DNA of 64,000 nt from the human T2T-CHM13v2.0 reference genome, Homo sapiens: NCBI RefSeq assembly GCF_009914755.1, contig NC_060940.1; one strand, 5' to 3'. The first letter of the stretch is position 1, and every line of letters begins with the position of its first letter. The notes under the pieces are model-generated. The model searched no databases. It was not told where the DNA came from and saw only the letters and a program-made list of their open reading frames with translations. Below are positions 13,774-31,700 of the stretch, in pieces. The position numbers and the translations under genes were made by a program.

Positions 13774-13876
13774 ATGGAATAAATGGATGGATGAATGAAT
13801 GAATGAAGGGATAGGTGGGTGGATAGATTGATGAATGGATGGATGGATGGGTAGATGGATGGATAGTTAGATGAAT
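13774..13876 (+). repeat. Imperfect (TGGA)n/(TGAA)n microsatellite
   Basis: read directly. Confidence 0.95.
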
Positions 13877-14561
13877 TGAAACACTCAAACGGAAAGATGT
13901 TGAGGTGCATACGGATACAATCATAAGTTAACTTTACCAATACTTCCTTAAAAAACAAGGAAGTGATTATTGGCTTTAGTCTCTGTCCTAATCCCAAAGT
14001 TATTAGCAGAATTCCATATATCCCTTGCACATATAGCTTAAATGACAGCCTTATTTTATCAGATCACCCCTGACTCCCTCACCTACCCCTGCCAGTTGCA
14101 AACACATTGGAAAAGAAAGAAAAAAAAAAGATGGCAATACAAGTATTACGTTTTGGCTCCCAAAAGTACCATCTTTGTGCTTAGCATTCATTCTTTACCT
14201 TCTTTTCCATTCAGTACTTGACAGGTTTCAGAATAGGAAGCAAAAAGATAGCAACTATTAAATTTGGAATGATAATCTAGCTTCATAAATTAGACTGTTA
14301 TTCTCCATTCACATTGTGAGAGTTATGAAGGAACATATTTATCTCCTGTTAGAAATTAAACTTCTGGATTTAAACTTACATTGACAAAGTTCATCTCTGC
14401 TTGTTCTTCTTCTCTTAATGTTCATATTTAACATGTCTTTGAATATGCTAACAATTTGATCATCTTTTTTAACAGCGTACTTAATTTGTCTCTACTTAGC
14501 CTTAATTTATGCATTTACTAACTTTTGATACCTTTTAAAAAATAGGTGGGGGTATACTAAA

Positions 14562-14574
14562 ATGTATGTGCTTT

Positions 14575-14605
<31 letters not shown>

Positions 14606-14611
14606 GGATGT
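14562..14611 (+). repeat. (TATGTG)n microsatellite
   Basis: read directly. Confidence 0.9.
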
Positions 14612-15349
14612 GAATGCATGAATTCACAGTTGAAAAGAGCAATATCTTTTTTAAAAGGAACTAAACATTAGCCATGCTATGTTTCAGACTATATACTGAA
14701 TTACTTACTGGCTAACTTCATTAGCATTTCAGTAATGTAATGCTTTAATTGTTCTATGAAATTGCTTTAATCTTCCTCTCCTCAGTAATGAGAAATGCCT
14801 CACCCTATTGTAAAACTTTTGAAGTATTGTGTGCAGTTCTGGATCTCCATGACCCTTTCAAACAGCATCTCTGGAAGGCAAAACTTGCTGAACTTTTAAG
14901 CATGCCTTCCTAAACCTGAATTTAGCCTATCTAGTCAGCCAATTCCTCCCCATTAACCATTTCCAGTAACCAAGATTCCCTTGTTTCTTGTAGCCCTTTG
15001 ATTTTGCAAGGGAAGAATTTGATACCATAAAAGTCAAGTCCACACAAAGCAGTAAAAGGATATTATGGTTCATTCAAATATATCTGCTAATTCCCAGGAA
15101 TTGCTTTTCCTGAATCCACACTCTTGCCTCTCCTCATCTTGAAGACTGTATTCCTGTCTCAGAAATCCTCTTTTCACTCCTTTCCATGAGTGCATTTATC
15201 ATGCAGTTATCATCTTCTAAGTGAGCTGTAATCATTGAAAAATATTTTGTTTTTCCTGGCTCTATATTTCACCTGGCAATTTTGTCTTTATCCCAAGTTG
15301 TTTTGGGATGTCCCCATAGAAAAATTTTTTCAAAACTGGTTTTATAACT

Positions 15350-15500
15350 AAATGGTTGTGTGTCTTGCATGAGTCATTTAACCTATCTGAGCCTTAATTT
15401 CCTCAACTGAGAGATAGGCTCAGTGACTTCTAACTAAATGGGCTATTAAAAAGATTGCATTAAGAATGAAATGTAAAATAAAATAAAATAGCATTTAAAT
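15350..15500 (+). mobile_element. MIR fragment
   Basis: gtcatttaacctatctgagccttaatttcctca matches the MIR core. Confidence 0.7.
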
Positions 15501-16809
15501 TATAAAATGGAGAAATAAACTATGTCCTACATTTGAGGATGTATCTTACCATCAACATCTATTTCTAGTCTAATAATAAAAGAATGAGAGAAAGAAAGAG
15601 AGAGAAATAGAGAGAAAGGCGAGAGGAAAACACGAAGACAGTGGAAAAAAGTGTTCTATGTGTATAGAGAGACAAAGAATAGCCCACGATAGTTAAACTT
15701 GTAAATTAAATGATGCTTGATGAGGAAAAGGGCAGGATTTGTGTTGTTTTTATTTTTGTTTTGTTTGAGTAGATTGAAATCAGCAGCTCTTGAGAAAAGT
15801 CTGCCTTTTCATTCTAAAAAAGAAAAACTCCTGAAATACATGATTTGCACATGTATTTAATATAGTTACAACAAAAAATTGAGAATAAACAATTTATTGA
15901 GTGAATTTTATTTGTCTTAAGACACTGACCTTTCTCTACAAAGATAACTGCAGTTGCCTCCAGCTACGTGACTTACCTGAGATTTCTTTTTTCATTAGTG
16001 AAAGCAGTTTTGGCAACTCTATTCTTGAAATGAGATGTCAACCAAATGCTCAAATATTTACGAATTGACATTTTGCGTCTTTTAAATATTCAGTCTTTCA
16101 AGGTGCATTCGTTCTCCCTAGTGTATAGCTATGAAGATTCATTTGCAAAAAAAAAAAAAAAGAAAGTCATCGAAATAAAAAGGATGTTTTATAACACATG
16201 GCTTGAAATCTTAATGTGGTGCTGCAGATCAATCTAACCAATGAGCATCAAAGTTCAGTTCCAGCATCAGTATTTTTATGATAATTTTCTGGGGTTTTTT
16301 TTTCCATTTTCTCCTGTGACTGGGTTATAGAAGCCTCCAGGTAATGTTTGTGTTGTAAAATTGAGGCCAGTAATTTAATCCCCCCATAAAACTCTGCTCA
16401 CAATTACAATAGCATTGAAATGGTACATAAATGAGTTTTTCATAAAGCAGAAAAGAAAAATGGTGCAACAGTTAAGCTTTTTAATGATGGGCACTAAAGC
16501 AATGCTGCTGATTAGATTCTTTGCTAATTACCTTCTGTTACTTAGATTGGATGTATTTCAGCAGAATAGAAACATCTATTCATAAATAGTTGTTTTCTTG
16601 GTAGCAATATGAAAACATTTGACTCTAAAGTTGAAAACTACCTCTCAGGATTGTATCATCCGGTCCTCAGCTTGCTGACAAATAAAATCACGTGCCATCT
16701 GAAACATGGCTAGAATGGCTTGTATTCCACTGGGTGGTATCCGCCTTACATAAGGAAGTGAAAGGCTGCAGCAGTAATATTTATGCTGAGACTTGAAAAC
16801 CAAAAGGTC

Positions 16810-17800
16810 TGGGTGAAGAGCTTTGGAGATGGGGACCAGACTGGAAAAGCACCGAGGCAAAGATGAGCTAAGTCTGTGAACAAAGGAGAAAGTAGTCCAG
16901 GATGAATTTAGAGAGTTAGGAAGAAGTGACATGGGCTTTCTAGGCCAGCCCAAGATATTAGTGTTTTAGTCTAAGGGTTATTGGAAAGCCTGGAGGGCCT
17001 AATCAAAAACTAATATCATCTAATTAAGTCTTAAGAAAATCACCTGTATGCCCAATGAACAATGGGCTGTGTGAGTTAAAGATGAAAATAGGGATCCATA
17101 TTACAAGGCTATAGGGAATGAATTGTGACACCTGTACCCCCTGCCAAATTGATATACTGAAGCCCTAAATGGCAAGGTCACTATATTTGGAGATAAGACC
17201 TTAAAGAAGATAACTAAGGTTAAACAAGGGTAAAAGTGTAGAATTCTAATCCAACAGGAAAGGTGTCCATATGAGAGGAGGAAGACACACCAGAAGCCAG
17301 GAATATACACACACAGAGGGAAGGCTGTGTGAAGACGAGAACACAGTGAGAAGGTGGCCATCTGAAGCAAGGACACCAGGCCTCTGCAGAAACCAGCCTT
17401 CCTGGCACCTTGACCTTAGATGTCCAACCTTCAGAGTTGTGAGAAAATAAGTTTCTGTTGATTAAACAGAATATCACCCAGTATGAGATATTCTGTTAAG
17501 GCTGCCCAAGCAGAATAATAAATCCAAATGGGGAGAAATAAACAAGGATGAAATGTGTTTTAAAGGTGGAGCCTTCTACCTGCTCATGAAATGGGTATAG
17601 AGTAAGGGATAGAGAAATGGCAATAATAGACCTACAGTTATATGGCAGCATCATTTTCTTATTCAGAGACAGACGGATGAGGCGCACTTGAGGGGGAAAT
17701 TGGTGGTTCTTCTAACATGCTAATTTTGATATTCATTTGGAGATATAAAGACATAGGATATATGAGTAATACTTCAGAAAGTTATATATTTGGAAGTCAT
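16810..17800 (-). mobile_element. L2 fragment interrupted by MLT1B
   Basis: antisense L2 motifs (ttggaaagcc, aaaatcac, ttttaaaggtggagcc, acatgctaattttga) on both sides of the LTR. Confidence 0.55.
17106..17521 (+). mobile_element. MLT1B-type MaLR solo LTR
   Basis: atttggagataagacc...gagaaggtggccatct...caccttgaccttaga...gtgagaaaataagtttctgttg. Confidence 0.88.
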
Positions 17801-17905
17801 TGTCACCTCCTATAAAAGCAATAGTATTCTACTTGTTAAATTTCCAGTTATCCAGAATTTATTGTTTAACAGATGAACTTTAATACCCATATGTGCATGT
17901 GCATA

Positions 17906-17940
17906 AACACACACACACACATACACACACAAACACACAC
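17906..17940 (+). repeat. Imperfect (CA)n
   Basis: read directly. Confidence 0.9.
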
Positions 17941-18095
17941 TTGCCAAATTTCAACCAAGATTTATTAAATGGCTACTATATTGCAGGACTGTGATATCCT
18001 CTTCGATTGTGATTTTCCCTGGTGAAACACAGAACCTAATATTATTAAACCTGGAATATAGACAAAAAAAGCAGACAATTAAAGTACAATGTGAT

Positions 18096-18389
18096 TGTAT
18101 TAGTCTGTTTTTATGCAGCTGATAAAGACATACCTTAGTCTGGGCAAAATAAAGAGGTTTAATTGGACTCACAGATCCATGTAGCTGGAGAGGCCTCACA
18201 ACCATGGCAGAAGGCATGGAGGGGCAAGTCACATCCTATGTGGATGGCGGCAGGCAAAGAGAGAGCTTGTGCAGGCAAACTCCCATTTTAAAGCCATGAG
18301 ATGTCATGAGACTTATCCTCTATCACAGGAACAGCACAGGAAAGACCCACTCCCATAATTCAATCATCTCCCTCTGGGTCCTTCCCACA
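18096..18389 (-). mobile_element. THE1C-type LTR lacking its 5' end
   Basis: tgtattagtctgttttt..gctgataaagacatacc..gtggatggcggcaggcaaagagagagcttgtgcagg; stops at tcccaca and fuses to an L1 5' UTR. Confidence 0.92.
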
Positions 18390-22860
<4,471 letters not shown>

Positions 22861-23301
22861 AATTTAATTAAAAATAAACAGGATTTTAGACTTTAGATGT
22901 CTTATTTTAATTAAGACATACAAAATATTGAAGGAAGAAAAATGAATAAAGGAACATGAATGGAAGGATACTAGAAAGAGAACTATGTTTAAACTATTCT
23001 TAATTGTAATTTAATGGCCGATATGTTTTGTGGGGAGCGGAGGATAGATAAATATGGTATCTGTAAATACTATTGAAATGAATTGTGTATTATTCAAAGA
23101 CATATTAAAATACTTGCGTTGGTTCCTTTGGAAATAAATTATATATTCATTAAGCACTGATGTGGTAAGAAATTTTACCTGAGAGTTAAATGTAGTTATT
23201 ATTACTAGTATATATAATTTGATGTCAGTTAACTCTAGGCTTATAGCATGTTGAATCATCATACTGACCTGACAAAAATTGGAATTATTATATTACACAG
23301 G

Positions 23302-23625
23302 CAGTAGTCATCCCTTATTCACAGTTTTGCTTTCCACAGTTTCAATTACCTGTCATCAACTATGGCCTGAAAGTAGGTAAATACAGTCAAGTAAGATACT
23401 TTTAGAGAGAGAGAGCACATTCTCATAATTTTCATTACAGTATATTGTTATAATTGTTCTATTTTATTATTAATTATTGTTGTTAATCTTTTACTGTGCC
23501 TAATATATAAATTAAACTTTACCATATGTATGTATTTATGGGAAAAAAACATAGTATATATAGGGTTCCATACTATCTGGGTTTCAGGCATCCACAAGGG
23601 GTCTTGAATAAGGAGGGAACTATTG
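23302..23625 (+). mobile_element. MER44A (Tigger7-derived DNA element)
   Basis: TIRs cagtagtcatcccttattc / gaataaggagggaactattg; internal ttacagtatattgttataattgttctattttattatt. Confidence 0.9.
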
Positions 23626-23654
23626 CAATGTAAATGAGTCATAACAATTTTCCT

Positions 23655-23761
23655 TATCGCTCCCTTCTACCTCTCCCTCTCCCTTCTTTTCCCTTTGTCT
23701 CTTGTTCCTTCTTTCCTGCCTTCTCTCCCTCCCTCCCTTCCTTTTTTCCTTCCTTCCTCCC
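23655..23761 (+). repeat. CT-rich polypyrimidine low-complexity tract
   Basis: read directly. Confidence 0.9.
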
Positions 23762-23995
23762 AACAGCCATGTACTCTTGAATGCAAATCCTTCCTTGATC
23801 AAGCTTTCAGATACCCCTTTCAGATGAGTTTTAACCAAAATGTGGATTGCAGGCTCATGAGAGATTCTGCAGCAGAGAACCCAGCTAAGCCCTATCTTGA
23901 TTCCCGACTCACAGAAACTTTGAAATAAAAATGACCATTACCTTAGGCTGCTAATTTTATGGTAATATTGTTAGGTGGTAAGAGATAACTGATAG
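23762..23995 (+). mobile_element. MLT1 (E/F/G-type) LTR 3' part
   Basis: gcagagaacccagctaagcc..gattcccgactcacagaaact..gataactgata. Confidence 0.8.
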
Positions 23996-23999
23996 AGTA

Positions 24000-24480
24000 A
24001 ATGCAGCTGGAATGTATTAAGAGTTACAGAGCTGGAATAAGATAAAGATGGGGACATAAGCCTGGGCCAAATTTTAGTGGTCTTTTAGATTATGATCAGA
24101 ACTTTAGCATTTTTTCCTACATGCAGTGGGAAGCCATTGAAGGAAATGGAGTAAGAATGGTCACATGACCTGAATAACATTTTTTAAAAGATCACTCCAG
24201 TCACTGTATAGTGGAAATATTGTGTCTGAATAGATATAAGTAACCTTGAAATTAGTAATTCACAGGAGAGACAGCAGCTCTGTGAACTCCAGTAGTCAAA
24301 GGTAGCTTTGCAAAGGAAGAATTGAACTTAACTTTATAAATTGTGTAGGATATGGATGGGCCAAAGAGGAAAGGGAGAACACTCGATGATAGGAAGAAAG
24401 GGTTCAGAGTAGTTATGAATATGGGAATGGATGAGCCTTATGTAAAGAGAATGGTTACGATTTGATTGCAACAGGAAGTC
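24000..24480 (-). mobile_element. L2 fragments
   Basis: gcagtgggaagccattgaagg..tttaaaagatcactc. Confidence 0.65.
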
Positions 24481-26609
24481 TACATTAATAAATAAAAATA
24501 ATTTGGATCAAGAATAAACTGAATTTCATCATCTTATCAGAAAAGAGCAACAGAATGGGAATTGGAGAGTCAGAGACTCAGGGTGAACTCACATTCATAA
24601 CTTACCGATAATGAGCCTCCCAGAGAGGTTCCTTATAGAAGCTCTTCCAACTGTAGCAATGTGATCAAGGTAAATACTTTTGTCATTCACACACAGGGAG
24701 AAAATACTGAATCTATTAAGAGAATAAATTAGTTATGAAGACAGATTATGTGCATCATATGACAAAGTATCCATATGGAGCGCACTACATCAGAACTCGG
24801 GTAGAACTTTAAACATGTGAATGATAGAAGATAAAAGTATAACATTCTTTAATTTTCAACCGTTTCAATGGGCTGGGAGATCAAACTTTAGGCATTTTAT
24901 GTCTAAACTGAGTGCAGAAATAGGAGGATTCAGAAAGTGTACTGAAGTTGATAACTGAGGACCTGAATGAAAAAAATACCTCAACTTTATTTTGTGACAA
25001 CAAAAAGAAACTAAGATAAATAAATAAGAACAGAATTTCATATTTGAGATATGATTACCTTTCAATATCTGTATAGCTCTGTGGAGGGTAAAACCCTCTC
25101 TTGTGTCTGCTTTCTGTTTAGAGAGAAAGCACAGAGAGAATTTCCTCTCAAATCATATCCTAGGTTTCTCAGGAACAATGCCTTTAAAATGTGTCAGTCT
25201 CTTGCAGCTGGCAAAATGCCTCATCGGAGCTCAGGTACATGACAGTCTCTACTCTTGGAAGAACAAAGTGGAGGCACAAAAGGCCTCTTGTGAACAGCCT
25301 CTGGTGTTTTAATACTGTGAATTTCTACCCATCTGGCAACACTGTGTGGTATCTAGGAGAACACAGGGTACAAAAAGTGTTGACCACTCAACAGTATAAG
25401 TGCTTCACAGTTAGTACTCTAAGATTATTTACATTAGACCCCAAATAGAGTTTGCTTTTAGTGTGGTTTGGTGAAGTTTAACCAAACAGTCGTCAAAGAC
25501 AAACATTAGGGTTTGCATCAATATCGAGCCTCTTTCCAACTTGGGGACTTTGACTAAAAACTTATAGTTCTTACAGTAAATTATTGTGAATATAGGACAA
25601 TTTTCTTTTCTCATACAGTTCTAGTGATAATTATATGTGAATACACACTTAAATATTTTTGCTGGCACAAACTATATTAGGTAATTTTTAGTTACTTTAC
25701 GTGCCATTTAATGTTTACACTATCCCTATAATGCAGATATGATCTTTATTTTTTCAGATAAGGAAGCAATTTAATATCTTCAAACTTAAATCTACCTAAA
25801 TTTAAACTTATTTTTATAATTTATATTTATATAATTGATGTTATAAATGAGGAAAAAAATCCAGCCATAATTTATCGTCAGTGGATGAATGTTATTCATA
25901 CTCTGGTATGTTCAATATAAACTTCACATCTAGTTACATATTTAGAATAATATACAGGTGTTATACTCATTATTAAAATGTATTTTTCTCCTTACAATGT
26001 ACTATATACATCTTACCATGTAAACATATTCATTTTTATTTTCCACTGTTAATTTTCAAGCACTCAATACAAATATCTTTAACTATTGGACACCCAAAAA
26101 ACATTTGTTCTGTGAATGAAATAATTATCTTTGTTATTCTGTTGTTTAAATTTTTCATAGATTATTCAGTAAAATACATGTTGTTAAGCACATAGTACGA
26201 GGGTAGACAAATATGAACCTAAACTTTTTTGACTATTTCCTAAAATTCCTCTATTTTTAAAAACATTTACTAGAGTTGAATTAAAGGGAGAAAAATATTA
26301 AGGGCCAAAAATTATTTTAGTTTTTCTTCCCATCATTATACAATGCTACTATCTCAGCTAAACTTGATAAAGTATAAATAATAAATATTCTCATTATTGT
26401 CAAAGTAGAAAACTCTGTCTTTAAATTCTATTTTATTTTTCTTATTATTACTAAATGTCAGCTCCCCACAAGCACTAGTGAAAGATGAAGAATATTCATT
26501 AGTAAGTTATGTCTTAAGAAAAAACTTATGGTGATGAAATTCAATATGTAAAGATGTATGTTGACCAAGATTTGTTACAAGTAGCTAAATTCAAAACTGC
26601 TTTTAAAAT

Positions 26610-27155
26610 AAAAATATCCAGTGAAGATATGCTAATAGCCAATAAGTATATGAAAAGATAGTGAATGTCATTAGCCATTAGGAAAATGCATATCAAAACC
26701 AAAATGAGATACTACTTTACACCCACAGGGTGGTTAAAACAAAAAGACAATTACAAGGAATACCAAGAATGCTGAAAAATTAAAACCCTCATGCTTTGAT
26801 TGTAGAATTATAAAGAGGCACAGCCACTTGGGAAAACAGTCTGGCAGCTCCTCAACTGGTTAAAGAAGTTACCAGAAGACCCAGCAATTTCACTTTTAGA
26901 TATATACCCAAGAGACCTGAATGTACATGCCCACACAAAAACTTGTATATGAATCCTCATGGCAGCATTATTCATAATACCCCAAAATGGAAATAACCCA
27001 ATTGTTCATAAATTGAAACAACAATAACAAAATGTGATATATCCATACAATGGAATATTATTCAGCCATACAAAGAAAAGAAGTAACAATTTATTCCACA
27101 ACAGAAATAATTCTTGAAATCATTATGCTAAATCAAATAAGCAGAACACGAAAGA
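26610..27155 (+). mobile_element. L1MB-type 3' ORF2/3' UTR fragment
   Basis: atcaaaaccaaaatgagatac..gacccagcaatt..cacacaaaaacttgta..atggaatattattcagccata (MEYYSAI, ORF2 C-terminus). Confidence 0.88.
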
Positions 27156-27218
27156 GAAACAATCAGTGCTGTTTAAAATGGTGGGATCAAACAAGCTGGC
27201 TTCACTTCCCTTACCTTC

Positions 27219-27359
27219 ATACACACACGAATGTATATCTATATCTATCTATCTATCTATACAAGTACATATATATATGTACACACACACTATAACACAC
27301 ACTATATATAATATACACACAAATATGTATATTGGAATATATATATATACACACACACA
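27219..27359 (+). repeat. Compound (TA)/(CA)/(TATC) microsatellite
   Basis: read directly. Confidence 0.9.
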
Positions 27360-28508
27360 GTGCTGAGATTATCAGTAGCAATATTGCAATATCCAACTCA
27401 AAATATGAGGATGAAACAATTCGCAGGGCCATAGAGAAGTGTACAAACTCTAAGACTCAGACTTCCACATTCACAACACCCCACCCTTCATCTGCCTGGC
27501 ACCAAGCACATGAAAAATTTTCCCCAAATTTATGGTTTCTACAGTGAAATAAATGAGATTGAGGTAGACAATCCTGCTTCCCCACTATCTTGGATTTCCT
27601 GGCAGAAGACATGTCCCTGCCTCAAGCCACAGGAAGCATCACAAGTACCTTATGGGAGAAATATCCGTGATGATAGCCAGAGACAGAAGAGAGGTGAGAC
27701 TACCATCCTTACCCTCAGCCTCAGGCCTGGAATCTCTCCTCTGTAACTCAGCCAAAGATTTCATATCAGAGTGGTTATGTAGTAGCACTGCATTGTAGGG
27801 GGTAGGTACCACAGGTCCCCTGGGCACAAACCTCTAGCCAGCTCTCCCAAACTGCTATAATATCCTCTTAGGAACCTTCCCCCAATCTGGACAGGCAGTA
27901 TTCTGATATTTTAATAGAGTTGAAACAAACCTGGGCTTAAGGTGCCATCTAGTGCCAAAGAGAGAGAGAGCAGAAACAAAAAATAAAGAGATATTCAATA
28001 GGTAAACTACAAAGACTCTCTATGCAAATATTTCCAATAAACAAAACAGCTAGACAGAGAAGACTGGAATAAATAACTAGTCCCTCAAGGCAAAGATACA
28101 GACAATAATCTAAACAACAACAACAACAACAGTAAGCAGGAAACCATGATCTCCTCAAACAAACAAAGCAAAGAATCAGTGACTGGCCTGAGTGAGATAA
28201 CAAAGTGTGAGCTCTCTAACCAATAATTCAAAATAGCAGTTTTACGGAAATTCAGTGATTTCCAAGTTAACACGGTACAGCAATTCAGAAATTTATCAGA
28301 GAAATTTAAAAAACAAATTGAAATAATAAAGTTTTTAAACAGAAATCTTGGAACTGAAAAATACATTTGCTGAATTGAAAACTCATTAGGGACTGTCAAC
28401 AACCAAATGGATCCAGCAAAGGAAAGAATCAGTGAGCTCAAAGACAGCCTATTTTAAAATTCACAGTCAGAGGAGAAAAAAAAAGTGAGAAGGAACAAAG
28501 ATTCACTA

Positions 28509-28826
<318 letters not shown>

Positions 28827-29008
28827 TTGCCTCAAAAGATCACATCTGAGAAATATTGATGTTGAAGAAGTTGAGTAAGAGAAAAGAATAGAAAGCTTAT
28901 TAAAAAAAATAAAGAATAACAAAAACTTCCCAAAACTTGAGAAAGAGATAAATATTCAAGTACAGTAAGGTCAGAGAAACAAATGTGACCCCCGTAAGAC
29001 TACCCCAA

Positions 29009-29344
29009 TGACATAGTTTGAATGCCCTCTTCAAATCTCATGTTGAGATTTAATCCCCAGTGTTGGAAGCAGGTAGGAGGTCTTTAGGTCTTAGGGCCAG
29101 ATCCCTTATATAAGGCTTGGTGCCGTCCTCATGATAGTGAGTGAGTTCTTGTGAGATCTGGTTGTTTGAAAGTGTGTGGAATCTTCCCCTTCTCTCTCTC
29201 GATGGTGCTCTAGTCATGTGATATGCCTCCTCCTGCTTCATTTTCCACCATGAGGAAAATGCTCCTGAGGCCTCCCCAGATGCCAAACAGATGCCAACGC
29301 TATGCTTGTTCAACCCACAGAAAAATGAGCCGATTACACCTCTT
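29009..29344 (+). mobile_element. MSTB-type MaLR LTR, 3'-truncated, inside L1 ORF1
   Basis: tgacatagtttg..caaatctcatgttga..gtgagatctggttgttt..cctgaggcctcccca; normal LTR 3' terminus absent. Confidence 0.88.
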
Positions 29345-31700
29345 GAATAAAATAAACTCTTGAACCTCAAGGACAAATAAAGTATTCTCAAAGCAGTAAG
29401 AGAAAAGAGGCAAATAACGTAAAAAAGATCTCCAATTTATCTGGCAACAGACTTCTCAATGGAAGCCACACAAGCTAGGAGGGACTGGGACAATATTTTC
29501 AAAGTGCTGAAAGAAAAATAAACTGCCATCCAAAAATCCAGCAAAGCTATCCTTTAAATATGACCAAGTCTTCCCCAGAAAAACAAAAGCTGAGATAATT
29601 GACCACTACCAGAACCATCTTCCAAGAAATGCTAAAAGGAGTTCTTCATTCTGAGAGAAAAACAAAACAAAACAAAACACTAACGTACAAAAAGAAAATA
29701 TTTGTCATTTCTTTAAAAATACTTGTCGTATCTATAAAATGTTTTTTGTAAGCCTCATGGTAACCACAATGAAAAAACTATAATAGAATCACTAAAAATA
29801 AAAAGCAAGGAATTAAAATATACCACCAGAGTAAATCACTTAACCACAAGGAAGATACGAAGGAAGAGAAAAGTTACAAAATAACCAGAAAATAAGCAAC
29901 AAAATGGTAGTAGTAAGTTTTTACTATCCATAATAACACTTAATGAAAATGAATACAATCCTTCAATTAAAAGACATAGAGTGTCTGGATGGATAAAACT
30001 GTGAGACCCAACTATGAGCTGCCTACAAGAAACCCACTTGACCTATAAAGACACGTATACCCTGAAAGTGAAAGATATTGCATGCAATAGAAAACAAAGA
30101 ATAGGAGTAGCTATACTTAGAAAAAAAACTAGAAGTTCAAGACTATAAGATGAGAAAAAGAAAGTCATCATATAATGATGAAGAGATCAATTCTGCAAGA
30201 AGATAAAACAATAATAAATATCTATGCACCCAACAATAAAGCACACAAATGTATATAGCAATCATTGATAGATCTAAAGGAAGAAATAGACTGCAATATA
30301 ATAATATTAGGGGACTTCAACATGCCACTTTCAGTAATGAACAGATCTTCTAGACAGAAAACCAACAAAAAACAACTTTGGAATTATTCTACATAATGGA
30401 CCAGATAAGCTTAACTGACATTTACCCAGCTCTTTACCCAGCAGCTGCAAAATACACATTCTTTGCATCAGCGCCTGAGCCAATTCTACAGAATAGACCA
30501 TATTTTAGGCCACAAAACATATTTCAACAAACTTAAAAAAGTAGACATCCTGCCAATTATCTTTTCTAACCTCAATGGAATAAAACCAGCAATTAATAAC
30601 AAGAGGAACCCCAGAAACTACACAAACACCTGAAAATTAAGCAACCTTCTCTTGAACAGCCAAGGGGTCAATGAAGATATTAAGACAGAAAATTAAAAAC
30701 TTTTTGAAACAAAGAAAAATGGAAAGACAATAATTTCTTCCATAAATATTGCTAGGTAAACTTGGTAACCACATGCAGAAGAATGTAACTAGACACCTAT
30801 CTCTCACCATATACAAAAATTAAATAAAAATGGATAAAAGTATTACATCTGAGACCTGAAATTATGAAACTAATACCATAAAGCTTTTGGAAAGTACCTC
30901 AGGACATAGGAAACTAATAGCATAAAGCGTTTGGAAAATACCTCAGGCAAAAATTTTGTGTAAGACCTCAGAAGCACGGGCAACAAAAGCAAAAATAGAG
31001 AAACAGGATACATGAAGCTAAAAAGCTTCTGCACAGCAAACAATCAACAAAGTGAATTGTCAACCCACAGAACTGAATAAAATATTTGCAAGCTATCCAT
31101 CTGAAAAGGAATTAAAAACTGGAATATATAAGGGGCTCAAATAACTCAATAGCAATAAAATGAATAATCTGAATAAAAATGGGCCATGGATCTGAATAGA
31201 CATTTCTAAAAAGCAAATGTACAAATGGCCAGAAGTATATGAAATAATGCTCAACATCACTAATCATCAGAGAAATGCCAATCAAAACCATAATGAGATA
31301 TCATCTCACTCCGGTTAAATGGCCTATATAAAAAAGACAGGCAATAACAGAGACTGGTGAGGATGTGGAATAAGGAGAACCCACATACACTGTTAGTGGG
31401 AATGTAAATTAGTACAGCCACTATGCAGAATGGTATGGAGGTTCCTCAAAAAATTAAAAATAGAACTTCTATATGACCCAGCAATTCCACTACTGTGTGT
31501 GTATCCAAAAGAAAGGAAATCAATATACTGAAGAGATATCTGCACTCCCATGCTTATTGCAGCACTATTCCCAATAGCCAACACATGGAATCAATCTAAG
31601 TGCCCATCAAAGGATGAATTGGTAAAGAAAATGTGGCATATATACACAATATAATATTATTCAGGCACAAAAAAGATTTTTATTTTTTACTTTGCAGCGA

